Shown here piece after piece: positions 1 to 22,589 of a stretch of 64,000 nt of DNA. Source of the stretch: the human T2T-CHM13v2.0 reference genome, Homo sapiens; NCBI RefSeq assembly GCF_009914755.1, contig NC_060948.1; one strand, written 5' to 3'. A model generated the notes under the pieces. That model worked only from the letters and a program-made list of their open reading frames with translations. It searched no databases and had not been told where the DNA came from. A program made the position numbers and the translations under genes. Positions within the stretch are counted from its first letter, which is position 1, and every line of letters starts with the position of its first letter.

Positions 1-1216
1 CACAACATTTCCTCTGACCAGTGCACTAACTTTACAGCTAAAGAAATGTGGCAGTGGGCTCCTGCTCATTAAATCTGCTGGTCTTACCATGTTTCTCATT
101 ATCTTGAAGCAACTAAATTAATAAGATTGTGAAGTGGCCTTTTGAAGTTACAATTGCAATGCCAACTATGTGACAATACTTTGCAGGGCTGTGGCAAAGT
201 TCTCCAGAAGACCATATGTTCTCTGAATCAGCATCCAATATATGGCATTGTTACTTCTGTAGCCAAAATTCGCTGGTCCAGGAATCAAGCAATAGAAGTA
301 GAAATTTCACCACTCACTATCGCTCCTGGTGTTTCACCAGCAACATTTCTGTTTCCTGTTTCTTATGATATTATGTTCTGCTGGCCTAGAGGTCTTAGCT
401 CCCCGAGGAAAAGCGCTGCCACCAGATGAAACAATAATGATTCCATTAAACTGGAAGTCAAGATTGTCACCTGGACACTTGGGCCTCCTCCTACCTTTAC
501 GTCAGCATTGTAAAAAGGCAGTTACAGTGTTGACTGGGTTGATTGACCTGAACTATCAAGATGAAATCAGCCTACTCCTCCACAATGGAGGGAAGAAAGA
601 GTGTGGCATAAAATACAGAAGATGCATTAAGATGTGTTCCAGAATTACCATGACGTGCGATTAAGGTCAGTGGAAAACTACAACAGCCCAATTCTGACCG
701 GGCTACAGTTGGATCAGACCCTTCAGGTATTAAGGTTTGGGTCACTCACCAGGGTAACAACAACAAAAGGAACAACAACAACAAAACAATAAAAACCGCA
801 ACCTGCTGAGGTGCTTGAGGAAGACAAAAGGAAGGCAGAATGGGTGTTAGAAGAAGTTAGTCATCCATATCCGCTATAAACAAGTGACCAGCTGCAGAAA
901 TGAGGACGTTAATTGTCTTAAGTATTTCCTCCTTCTTTTGTTAAAAAAAAAGTTTGTGCATGTATACACATGTACTAAGAAAATATTTTTTTTATTTTCC
1001 TTTATCATGCTACGTAAGATTTATTGAGTTCTTATCAACATTTGTGTATTGTAAACTTTATGAAATAGTGTTTGGATTGGGGATTGCTGCATTCCTGGCT
1101 GTAAGAGGATAATTGTATTATGTTAGGTGTAATTATTACCTCATTTCTGTCTGCATTTGAAGATTATGTATTATAGCAGGAGATGTGATTTGATTCGAGT
1201 TAACAAGGGGTGGACT
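1..1216 (+). mobile_element. HERV-L (ERVL) internal 3' region: decayed integrase end and dUTPase-like remnant, ending in a polypurine tract
   Basis: ORF 329-664 contains GLEVLAPRGKALPPDETIMIPLNWKSRLSPGHLGLLLPL, which resembles the ERV-L dUTPase region. A PPT-like AAGGGGTGGAC lies just before the LTR start TGTGATGGTTAA. Confidence 0.8.
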
Positions 1217-1600
1217 TGTGATGGTTAACACTGAGTGTCTCATTCATTGGATTGAGGGATACAGAGTATTAATCGTGGATGAGTTTCTTGGGTGGTTCCC
1301 CCCCCCCAAAAATTAACATTTGAGTCAATGGGAAGATCTACATTAATCTGATGGGCACAATCTCATGAGCTTCTAGCGAACATCAAGCAGACAGAAACAT
1401 GTCAAAAAGCGAGATGGGACTAGCTTCCAAAGCATACATCTTTCTTCTATACTGGATACTTTTTCTCTCAGACAGTGGACTCCAAGTTCTTCCAGGTTTG
1501 GGACTCAGACTTGCTCTCCTTGTTCCTCAGCTTGCAGGCAGCCTATTGTGATCATGTACGTAAGTACTTATAACCTCCCCTAAATATTTATATATACATA
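1217..1600 (+). mobile_element. MLT2A-type LTR (3' LTR of HERV-L), 3' end decayed into TA/CA repeat
   Basis: Starts TGTGATGGTTAACACTGAGTGTC...GATTGGATTGAGGGATAC...ATTAACATTTGAGTCA, matching the MLT2A consensus as recalled. Confidence 0.8.
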
Positions 1601-1697
1601 TACACAGGCACACACACACACTCACACATATACATGCATATATAAAAATATATAAAGGGATGGAAAATAAAAGAGTTTGTAAGTATTTTCAAAAAGC

Positions 1698-12866
<11,169 letters not shown>

Positions 12867-14187
12867 CCTTCAGGTTTTGAGCTGATCACTATCCCTAGGA
12901 TACAATCAAAAAACATTATTTGAATAAATATTAAAACTATAAACCTTCTTTTAATAAGTCAGCTTGTTTGATGGTGATGCCATAAACTAATTCCATAAAA
13001 AAAATCCTGACATATATACACAATACACATGTGCGTATGTGCTTCAGTGGTCCATATGCATCTATGTTAAAAAAAAAAAAAAAAAAAAAACCTTTAAAGT
13101 ACTTATTTTCCTATTTACTTACTTACAAGGCTCTTGAACATATATCAGAGTAATTATTTAACAAACGGTTACCAATTAGTAAATACTCTTCATTTCTTTA
13201 AAAACAAAGGTGTATTATGTCTTCTTAGAGAATGACAATTTAGACTTTCAGAAATATTTAGTAAATAGTGGTTCTGCAATCATTGTAAAATGTACCCATC
13301 AAATTCAGGTTTAAATTTAAGTGATCTATAAAGCTTAACTTCCTTAGTGAAAAAGCTGTTACAGGTAATAATAGTGATAGTAACACTAATAATAATAAAA
13401 CAGTGCCAGCACTTTGAAAAATCAGGTCAGTCACAGATTTCAATAAATATTCCTCTTTCACTACAAATTTTAGCTGAACAACTTTGTTTCTACAAATAAT
13501 GCCAGCTTCTGTGCACAACTTAATGTCTGTTAATGCCTCAATTTCACAATCTCTGCATTGTTCCAAGAATGTGTCTAAACAGCAGAGCTCTCCCTTAGTA
13601 TATTAAGCAAAAAAAAAAATAAACTTGCCGTTTCCTTTTAGGTGTTCAATGGCATTTTATTAACCTTGGAGAAAAAGCAAGCCCTATATGGGTAGGAGTT
13701 CTGCCTCATGGAGAAGGCCCTAGCATCAGCAACAGAGCCTACATCTCAGGCGCTAAGTAGGAACTAAGGAAACGGTGTAAATCTGGATAATTACCATGTT
13801 GCTGCTACTTGCTAATGTTCTGAAACAAATTTTTGATTGAAATGAGAAAGATTTTCCACTGTAGAAATTCACCTCCTTTTGGATTTATCTTAACATTTTC
13901 AGAAATTGTTCCTATTACATCAGTTTCCTCATTCATTGATTTTTATTTTCTCTTATTGTCTAATATGCATTTTTTGTGAATGCATACTTTTATTATGTTG
14001 GCAAAGAACTAATAATTCTGATCAAAGCTGTCCACTATGCAAACTTCTATCAAATAATTTTTTTAAAAGTAGGAGATACTTGAATATTGGTTCTACTAAA
14101 CAACTTTAGCAAAATTGAAAATCCTATAACCCCAGCTATAATCCTTGCAAACTTTGTTTCCATTTGACTTGCTTATTGTAATATCCC

Positions 14188-14286
14188 AGGATCATTCATG
14201 ACTATATTATGACTAGGATCATTCATGACTGTATTATGGATACACATTGTGCTTTCTGAACGCACAATGTGTATCCATAATATAGT
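14188..14286. repeat. 27-bp-period tandem duplication fused to a 25-bp inverted repeat (hairpin)
   Basis: AGGATCATTCATGACT(A/G)TATTATG occurs at 14188 and 14215. Arms 14228-14252 and 14262-14286 are reverse complements with 1 mismatch. Confidence 0.9.
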
Positions 14287-16764
14287 GTGCCAATGCACCT
14301 GTATGCACGTGTATTATTTATGCCTTTCAACTGTATGAAAGATTAGCTCCATCCCAAATACCATTCATTGAGATTTCTCCCTTGGTACCTCCAAAACAGA
14401 GGCTGACTAGGGTTTTATTTTTTCACACTCATGTTTTACAAAAATATTGAAAAAGCAATTGGAAGGAAAAGCAGAGAAATAAGAAATATATCATTTAGTT
14501 TCTAATCATTGATTAACTGAACTGACCTTACTTTACTAATGTTTACCCTAAGTTGAATCAATGGAACTTATGTACACTTTTTCAAATCCTTCTGCTATAC
14601 GGAAACCAAACTTGGAGTTAAGAAATCTTCAAAATATAACATCAAAGAGTTCTAAATGTGAGCTTTTAAAAATAATTTTCTCGAGAGATATTTCAACACT
14701 GTTAACTTCTCAAAGGTGCCTGAGACTCAAGATTTTAGGATATTTAGCAGCATTTCTAACCTCTCAGCAATAGATGCTAGTAACAACCTTACCAATTCTA
14801 CTTTGAGTCACAAACCAGGGTTAGGGTGAAGTCTAAAGTAAAATCTGAAGACCTATAAAAACCCTAGAAAATCACATGGACTGTCTGTTACCTCTATGAG
14901 CTCATCCTCTATAATTTTCCCCCTTCTACAGCCTGCTGCAGCCACAGGGAGCTGGCTTTTTAAAAACAATTTATACAGCCTTCCACCAGGAATCATTGTA
15001 CTTATTGATCTTGCTGCATGCTTACATTATTTTCTTATTATTTTCTTTAGACAATTATTTGAAAGTCACTTTGTAAGCCACTTATTGTATGTTTGTTTTA
15101 CAAAAACCAAAATGTACTTTATAACAGAGAATCTTACCTCATACATTTTATACAAAATTGATAATTTCACTTAATAAAAAAACAAAAACTTTATAAAATG
15201 ACCACTAAAACAAAAACCTAACACCGGGGATTGCAAATTGGAAATGTAACATTCACTTTAAGTGTTTTAAACAAGAGACAAAACATAAACCTCATAAATA
15301 ACAATAAACTCTGAAATTAGAAAACACTCAGTGCTTCGCAGATAAAAATAAAAGTAAAACGGCAGGGATGGCAGTTTCAAACCATTCCAAAAAAAAAAAA
15401 AAAAGTTTCAAACCATCAAAAACAGTCTGGACCCTGAAAATCAATAGTTTATATAAACCAAGTAAACATTTAATCCAGAAAGACAATTATAAAATGGTGA
15501 AGTTTTTTTTTCTTTAAGGATTTTCATATCACCTCCTAGGCACAGATGAAGCCTACAGAATTGAAATCCCCATTGTCAAAATGAGGACCTGATTCCTGCT
15601 TCTCATAAAAGCAAAGAAACCCTTATGTGCTAAATTATTGTGTTTTTTTTTCCCAGTCTTTCTAGAGGATATATGAAAATTTGATAAAATAAACATTTAT
15701 TTCTCCTTTGCCTAACTCAGAAGTCACTCTCGGTCGGAAATGCCAGGAATTGGTCACAAACATTTAAGTTGCTGAGTACAAAAAATACTGTGTGCACAGA
15801 TAAAATCAGAGAAAGTAATATAAATTGAGAAGGATGGAAAACTACAAGAGCAGCATATTTTTATACTGCTGACCTTAAACATTAAATTATTCACACAAGT
15901 TAGTATTCTTCATAGTAGGCTATTTTAAGTTTTCAATAATAATTGAAATCCCAAGTACATCAAATTGTAATATGAAAAATACAACAGCAGTTTTTAAAAA
16001 TTATCCAGATTTTTTAAATGAGCAAAAAAGAAATTGAGGATCAAGCAAGAGAAAGCGCATATGGAAAACATGTAAGTCCATGTCAGAGTATGTAATATTT
16101 TACTTGTAAGAACTGTAAATGTGAGCTCTTGCTTAAAAAGGCACACATTGTTGCAAGTGTACCCTTAAACGAAGGAGTCACTTTTGTGACTTCTATGCAA
16201 GGCATACTTCAGGTGCAAAGACAAATAGGTCGAAGTAAAATAATACTAGATTCTGGGAAAGTTCTGCAATGTACAAGGGATCACTGTATATCTGTCCCTT
16301 CAACTATACAATGGGTGCAGTGGCAGGATTACTATGATGCAATTACTATAGAATTCCGAGTCTACCTGAAGGTTTACAGCTTCCAAAAAAAGATTTGTAA
16401 AGTAAATAAAAATTAAATTTTATCAATTTTGTAGCACAGATCAACAGCAGCTACTTATTCTTTAATAACCACCACTGTGGGATGCTGCCTTGCAAATATT
16501 TCTGGAGCAGCTTACAAGAGCCATGGCAAACAAAAAGGACCCTGTCCTCCAAATCTCAGGAGGACTCATTTGCCGATTGCTGCTTCTGCTTATGGAGGTC
16601 CCGACAGAGGTGAATAGTCATTATTATATTCCCCAAATATTATGCAGGCTCTTTGTCCCTCTGTGCAACCAACTTTCAATAGATTTAAAAAGTGAAAATA
16701 TTTTTTCCTGATTGTTCTTCTTTTTCTCTTAAGACATTTGTAGACTAAAACATTCAAAATTAAT

Positions 16765-16767
<3 letters not shown>

Positions 16768-16802
<35 letters not shown>
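16768..16802. repeat. (CA)n microsatellite
   Basis: Direct reading, about 17 units. Confidence 0.95.
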
Positions 16803-16809
<7 letters not shown>

Positions 16810-16849
16810 GTAATGAATTGTGGTTTTAACGATATGTGCCTCAAAACAA

Positions 16850-18440
16850 TGTGCCTCAAAAGAGACCCAAGACGAAGCTCAGTACAGCTGATTTACAGGA
16901 GAGAAAGAGCCTATATAATGAGTAAACAAAACTCTACCAAACCATAGAAGTAGAAAATCTTATTTTCAAAGTCACAGCACTTTAAAATTTAAATGCTCTT
17001 TTTCAGCACCAGCAAAATCACAAACCACAGAGTGAAATAGACAAGTATGGCTCATTTTAATAACAACTACAAAATAATTATGAAAAAATAAGCTTTTTTT
17101 GACAGCCCAAATGGCAGCCTTACTAAAATATAATATTTAAAATTAGCTACATAATAAGCTAATAGAATGAACAAAAGAAGCACAAACACTTACGGACAAA
17201 AATTATTAATCAAAAGAGTAAAATTATTTTAAAACCTAAAAAAGTCTAGAGATAAACCACACAGCGAAGCAGAGAAGTATGGCTCATTTTAAGAAGTAAA
17301 AAAAAATTATGGTCTGAAACTTTTTTTAGACAGCCCAAATGGTGGTCTTACAGAAACATAATATTTAAAATTAAGTTTCAGAATAAGCTAATAGAAGAAA
17401 CAAAAGAACTACAAAAAAAATATGAACAAAAATTAATAAAAAAGTAAAATTATTTTGAAACCTAAAAAAATCTAGGGATAAAAAGAAAAAAATATTCACT
17501 ACAGATATTTAAAAGCAGACTTGAGCTGGGGGAAGAACAAACTATCAGCAAACCAAAGAAAGGGTGTTGACATAATTAAGTTAGGACATGATAGAAAAAG
17601 TATAAAGCAATGGGAATAAAGCCTAAAATGCCATGGAACACTATCAAGCAGCCATATTACGCATACTGGAAGTTCAAAGGATGAGAAAAAGAATCAGGAA
17701 GACTATTTAGAAACAATAATGTTAAAGAATGTCAAAGGCAACAAACTCCAAGTAAGAGAAACTCAAATAAACAAACTCAAATTATATGATAATTAAACTC
17801 TTCAAAAGAAAGACAGAGAAAATCCTGAAAGCAACAAAAGAAGTGGCTAGTTATGTTACTGGCTAGTAACCCTCAAAAATAATCAGCAGATATCTTATCT
17901 GAAAACTCAGAGGACAGAAAGCAATAGATTAACATATTCCAAATGATGTGAGAAAAAACTTTTGAACAGATATCTTATGTTCAAAACATTGTCCCTTATA
18001 AGTGAGGGAGAAATTATGACATTTCCAGATAAAAGCTGGGACATTTTACCAGTAGACTATCTTTTTAAAAAATGCCTTATGGGATACTTCACGGTAAAAT
18101 GAACAGATAATAAGGAGCAGTATGAATGGATATATATTAAGGTAAAGATAAATATATAAGCTATTATAAAACATAAAGAATATCAGTGTACACCTCCACA
18201 ATGTGTTTCCCATGCAATTTAAAACACAAATATATTTAATAAAAATACTATCACTAACTTGCGTTTTTGACATACAGTGCATAAAGGTATGATTTTGAGA
18301 ACTCAATAAGGAAATCATGGGGGTGCAGTTATACAGGGTTAAGGGATTTGTGTGTTATTGAAAGTCAGCTAGTATAACTTTAAAAGTGGAATACCTTTAG
18401 AATATTCAATGTAATCACAGTATCAATGACAATTAAAAAA
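16850..18440 (+). mobile_element. Old, highly diverged L1M ORF1-region fragment upstream of the CDY pseudogene
   Basis: A-rich sense strand with L1 ORF1-like motifs (ATAATTAAACTCTTCAAAAGAAAGACAGAGAAAATCCTGAAAGCA; TCAGCAGATATCTTATCTGAAA; AAGTGAGGGAGAAATTATGACATTTCCAGATAAA). Confidence 0.7.
17022..17481 (+). repeat. Two diverged tandem copies of a ~232-bp unit
   Basis: AAGTATGGCTCATTTTAA...GACAGCCCAAATGG...TAATATTTAAAATTA...AATAAGCTAATAGAA...GTAAAATTATTTT...AACCTAAAAAA...CTAG.GATAAA occurs twice in the same order. Confidence 0.85.
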
Positions 18441-18444
18441 GAAA

Positions 18445-20392
18445 AAGAGTAACAGACAGGTAGAAAGCTTTCTGTACTACACCAGAGAGTAAGAGATGTG
18501 GATTTAGCTACTCTCACTTGAGGCTACTAAGCCAGCTATCATGCACCATGAGACAAAGCCCAAGCTGTCCCACCAGGGCATAATTGTGGAGAGCCTAAAG
18601 CCCATAGCATAGCTGCTATTTCAAACAATTTTCACTACGTCAGTGGTGATGAAATAGAATAGGCTCATCCATACGCAGAACCTGGTAAAGAACTGGAGGC
18701 AGAAAGAAGTGGCTATGTGGAGACGCAAATGGAAAAAATTTGGCACAGCAATGGCTCCAATCCTGTGTCTTTCTTCCTGGCTTTCCAGGAGTTTGAGGTT
18801 GAAACTATTGTTGACAAAAGATGAGACAAAAATGGAAAGACAGAGGCCAGGCACAGTGGCTCATGCCTGTAATCCCAGCACTTTGCAAGGCTGAGGCGGG
18901 CAGATTACGAGTTCAGGAGATGGAGACCATTCTGGCTAATACAGTGAAAACCTCTTTCTACTAAAAATCATAAAGTTAGCCAGGCGTGGTGGCAGGCCCC
19001 TGTAATCTCAGCTACCCGGGAGGCTGAGGCAGGAGAATCGCATGAACCCAGGAGGTGGAGGTTGCAGTGAGCCGAGATTGTGCAATTGTGCCACTGTACT
19101 CCTGCCTGGGTGATAGCTCAAGACTTTGTCTAAAAAAAAAAACAAAACAAAACAACAACAACAACAAAAATTTTTGGTGTTGCAAAGGTTAAGAAGAAAC
19201 GGTATGACACTTGGGAACCAGAGCAGCACCGGTCAAAAATATATATATTACTTTAACAGATGACAGACTGAAAAACAGAAAAAGTAAAAAAGTGGCATGG
19301 ACCAGAACAACTAGAACTTTTTCAAACAATACCAGAAGATGAACTTCTACATCTACCAAGCCCAACTTTTCTAAGAATACTCCTAAAACGCTAGTGTCTG
19401 GCCAACACCACAAATTCAAAAGCAGCCAGTTATGTTCTGCCAGCCAGAATGTTAGCAGTAATCCAGGGTCACCTCTGTCCGACCCAAAGAATATGGAGCT
19501 ACTGTGTTCAACTATCAAGAAAGACACTTGCCCCTTACAACCCTTTTAACAACAAGAACACAGTGAGTGGCATTCAGGAACTCTAGAATCTGGACCCTAT
19601 TGCAGCAGATCAGCAGGATACAGTGGTCTTCAAGGAGGAGGAAGGGAAGATCATCAGGGCTTTATCAGATCCCAGGGCAGGACATTGTGGAATAGAGAGC
19701 AAGACCCAGATTCAACCACTATTTTCTCAGAGGTCTGGCTCAGTTACGGCTTCCATGGCTGCAGACTCAGCTACCAAAAAAGGTATAGGGGTATTAATGG
19801 GCCAATCGGCAGCCAATGGAAAAACAGATGTGCATACATTAGTTGCAAGAGTGAAAGTTGGGCAAAGAAATGTTACTGACGGTGGCAGAGACCAGCTTTT
19901 TATCCAGAAGATGTACCTCATCATAGGCCTAGCAGAAAGTGCCAGCACATACAGAGATATTGCAGTGAAGAAAGAGGACAGATTCACCCAGATGTGCCTA
20001 TAAACTAGATCAACATAAAAAATGTACTGAATATAGAAGTAATTAAAGCAATGGTTAATGCTCTGAATAGGGCTGCTGTGGGTGGCAGCAAGCTTGTGCT
20101 GTTCAGTGCAGCTGGAAGTGTCTTTTGCTGTGGTCTCGATTTGGGGTACTTTCTGAAGTATTTAAGGAAGGACAGAAACAGAACAAGCCTTGAGATGGTG
20201 AACACCATCAAGAACTTTGTGAATACTTTCAATCAATTTTAAAAGCCTGTTTTTGTATCAGTCAGTGGCCCATCCTTTGGAATAGGTGCATCCACACTGC
20301 CTCTTTGTGATTTCTTCTGAGCTAATGAAAAGCCTTGGTTTCAAACCCCTTATATGACATCTGGACAGAGTCCAGATGGCTGTTGTGTTACT
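18445..20392 (+). pseudogene. CDY-family pseudogene (tandem paralog of CDY2), 3'-truncated and Alu-interrupted
   Basis: Colinear with CDY2 22258-23875. Start ATG is CTG (18777), TGA at codon 16 (18822), Alu inside the chromodomain, further stops and frameshifts. Residual frames include VVFKEEEGKIIRALSDP and [30 protein letters not shown]. Homology ends after GGACAGAGTCCAGATGGCTGTT. Confidence 0.95.
18845..19170 (+). mobile_element. Alu (AluSc/Y-like) inserted in the chromodomain-coding part of the CDY pseudogene
   Basis: GGCCAGGCACAGTGGCTCATGCCTGTAATCCCAGC... dimer with an A/(CAA)n tail. No clear TSD. Confidence 0.92.
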
Positions 20393-20399
20393 TTAGTTC

Positions 20400-20870
20400 C
20401 TACTTGAACTTTGCATCATCCAGCCTCCTTAATTATTGTGGCCATGAGACATTACTTCATCCCTTGATTGATCCCAGGCCAAGGTCTCAGGCCAAGCTGT
20501 CACTTCAGCTCCTTCTTGGTCCAGGGCCAAGTTCCAAGGCTGAGCCTTGTAGCTTCTACAAATCATCACTTCAGCTCCAGATGAATCCAAGGCCAAGTTT
20601 CAGGGCCAAGCCAAATAACGCCTACTCCAAGAACACTAAGCACATTTCTTTACTTCTCTGCCCTTAGAAACCGTAAAGCACAGCCTCATAGTAGGTAAAC
20701 CACTCACATTTCACCCCTCACTGTGAAGAGTTTTTTACTTTCACTTATAAAAGTTTTGATTCAACCTTTTTGCATCCATCCTCCTGAATTTTCTTGGCCA
20801 TGAGACAAAGAACTCTGTGTGATACCTCACAATTAGAGATTTCTAGATCGTAGTGCACTAATGAGACTGC
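20400..20870 (+). mobile_element. Partial ERV1-class LTR, same family as the other copies in the window
   Basis: CCCAGGCCAAGGTCTCAGGCCAAGCTG and CCAAGTTCC repeats are shared with 26860-26945 and 45300-45380. Confidence 0.6.
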
Positions 20871-21038
20871 AATGATTGAAGTCTGGGAATTGAGCTCTGG
20901 GACGCATCAGCCTTGCGAGACCAACTGACACACTGTCCCCACACTGTGATACACACCCTTGGGGTCAGTCAACCATATAGTGGTCACCAATGGAGTCTGA
21001 AAAGGGGCAAGGCAGATTTATACAGCCTAGAAACCTGA

Positions 21039-22257
21039 GGGACACCATCAAGCAGCCATACATACGCATTTTGGAAGTTCCAAGGAAGAGACAAAAAATC
21101 ATGGATACTATTTAACAACATAGTCATAAAGAATGCAACAATTTAAGACAATAAGTAAGCACCCAAGGAGCTCAACAGACTCCAAGTAACAAAAACTCAA
21201 AGAAACAAACTCAAACTTACCTGATAATTAAACTGTCTAAAATAAATACAAAGAGAATCTTGAGGATTTTCAAGGGAAGCAGGGGAAGTAGCTAGTCATG
21301 TAAAAGGGACCCTAAAAATAACCAGTGGATCGCTTATCTGAATAACCACTGAAAAGCAGTAGATTTCTTATCTGAAAACTAAAACGATGGAAAGCAGTAG
21401 CCTAATATATTGCAAGTGATGTCAGAAAAAACTGTCAAGCCTAAACATTATGATCCACCAAACTGTCCATCAAAGGTGAGGGACAAATTATGACATTCCC
21501 ATATACAAACTGGCACCTTTTACAAGTAGACTACCCTTTAAGAAATGTCTTATGGAGTACTTCAGGGTAGAATGGACAGACACTCAAAAGCAGTATGAAC
21601 AAGCAAAGATTAAGGTAAAGATAAATACATGAACAAATATGTAAGATAAAAAATTTGGCCGGGCGCAGTGGCTCACGCCTGTAATCCCAGCATTTTGGGA
21701 GGCTGAGGTGCGTGGATCACGAGGTCAGGAGATCGAGACACTCCTGGCTAACACGGTGAAACCCCGTCTCTACTAAAAATACAAAAAAAAATTCGCCGGG
21801 CCAGGTGGCAGGTGCCTGTAGTCTCAGCTACTCGGGAGGCTGAGACAGGAGAATGGCGTGAATCCGGGAGGCGGAGCTTGTAGTGAGCCAAGATCGCACC
21901 ACTGCACTCCAGCCTCGTTGACAGGGCGAGACTCCATCTCAAAACAAAACAAAACAGAACAAAACAAAACAAAACAAAACGAACAATTAACAATGTGCAC
22001 CTCCACAATTTGTTCTCCACACAACTTAAAACACAAATATATTTAATAAAAAAACTACCACTAATTTGTGTTTTTGACATAAAATCAATAAAGGTATAAT
22101 TTTGAGAACTCAGTAAGTGAAATAATGGAGGTACATTATACAGGAGTAAAGGCTTTGTATGTTACTGAAGGTAAGCTAGTGTAACTTTAAAAATGTTATA
22201 ACATTAGAATGTTCCATATAATCGTCATAGCAACCACAATTAAACAAAGAAACACAA
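21039..22257 (+). mobile_element. Second copy of the old L1M fragment, forming the immediate 5' flank of CDY2
   Basis: Colinear with 17635-18445 (e.g. ATCAAGCAGCCATA, AAATTATGACATT, AAAACACAAATATATTTAATAAAAA, TTTTGAGAACTCA). Confidence 0.8.
21657..21980 (+). mobile_element. AluY
   Basis: GGCCGGGCGCAGTGGCTCACGCC...GAGATCGAGAC...GGCTAACACGGTG...GAATGGCGTGAA...GGAGCTTG, with an (AAAAC)n tail. Confidence 0.92.
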
Positions 22258-22589
22258 AAGAGTAACAGGCAGGAAGAAAGCTTTCTGTACTACACCAGAG
22301 GGTTGGGGCTGTGGATTTAGCTACTCTCACCTGAGGCTACTGAGCAAGCTGTCATGCACCATGAGACAAAGCCCAAGCTGTCCCACCAGGCAGTAAGTGT
22401 GGAGAGGTTCAGGCACATGGCATAGCTGCTATTTCGCACAATTTTCACTACACCAGTGGTGACCAAATAGAAGAGGTTCATCCATACACAGAACCTGGTG
22501 AAGAGCTGGAGGCAGAAAGAAGTGTCTATGTGGAGACGCAACTGAAACAAAGGTGGCACAGCAACTGTTCCAATCCCGTGTCTTTCCTC

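Noticed and set aside
19623-20242. 126-aa and 63-aa CDY-like ORFs as a separate gene
   Set aside because: These are residual frames of the disrupted pseudogene, which has lost its start codon and chromodomain.
22530-22589. 20-aa N-terminal extension of CDY2 in the ORF track
   Set aside because: It starts at GTG. The known protein starts at ATG 22590, and nothing here supports non-AUG initiation.
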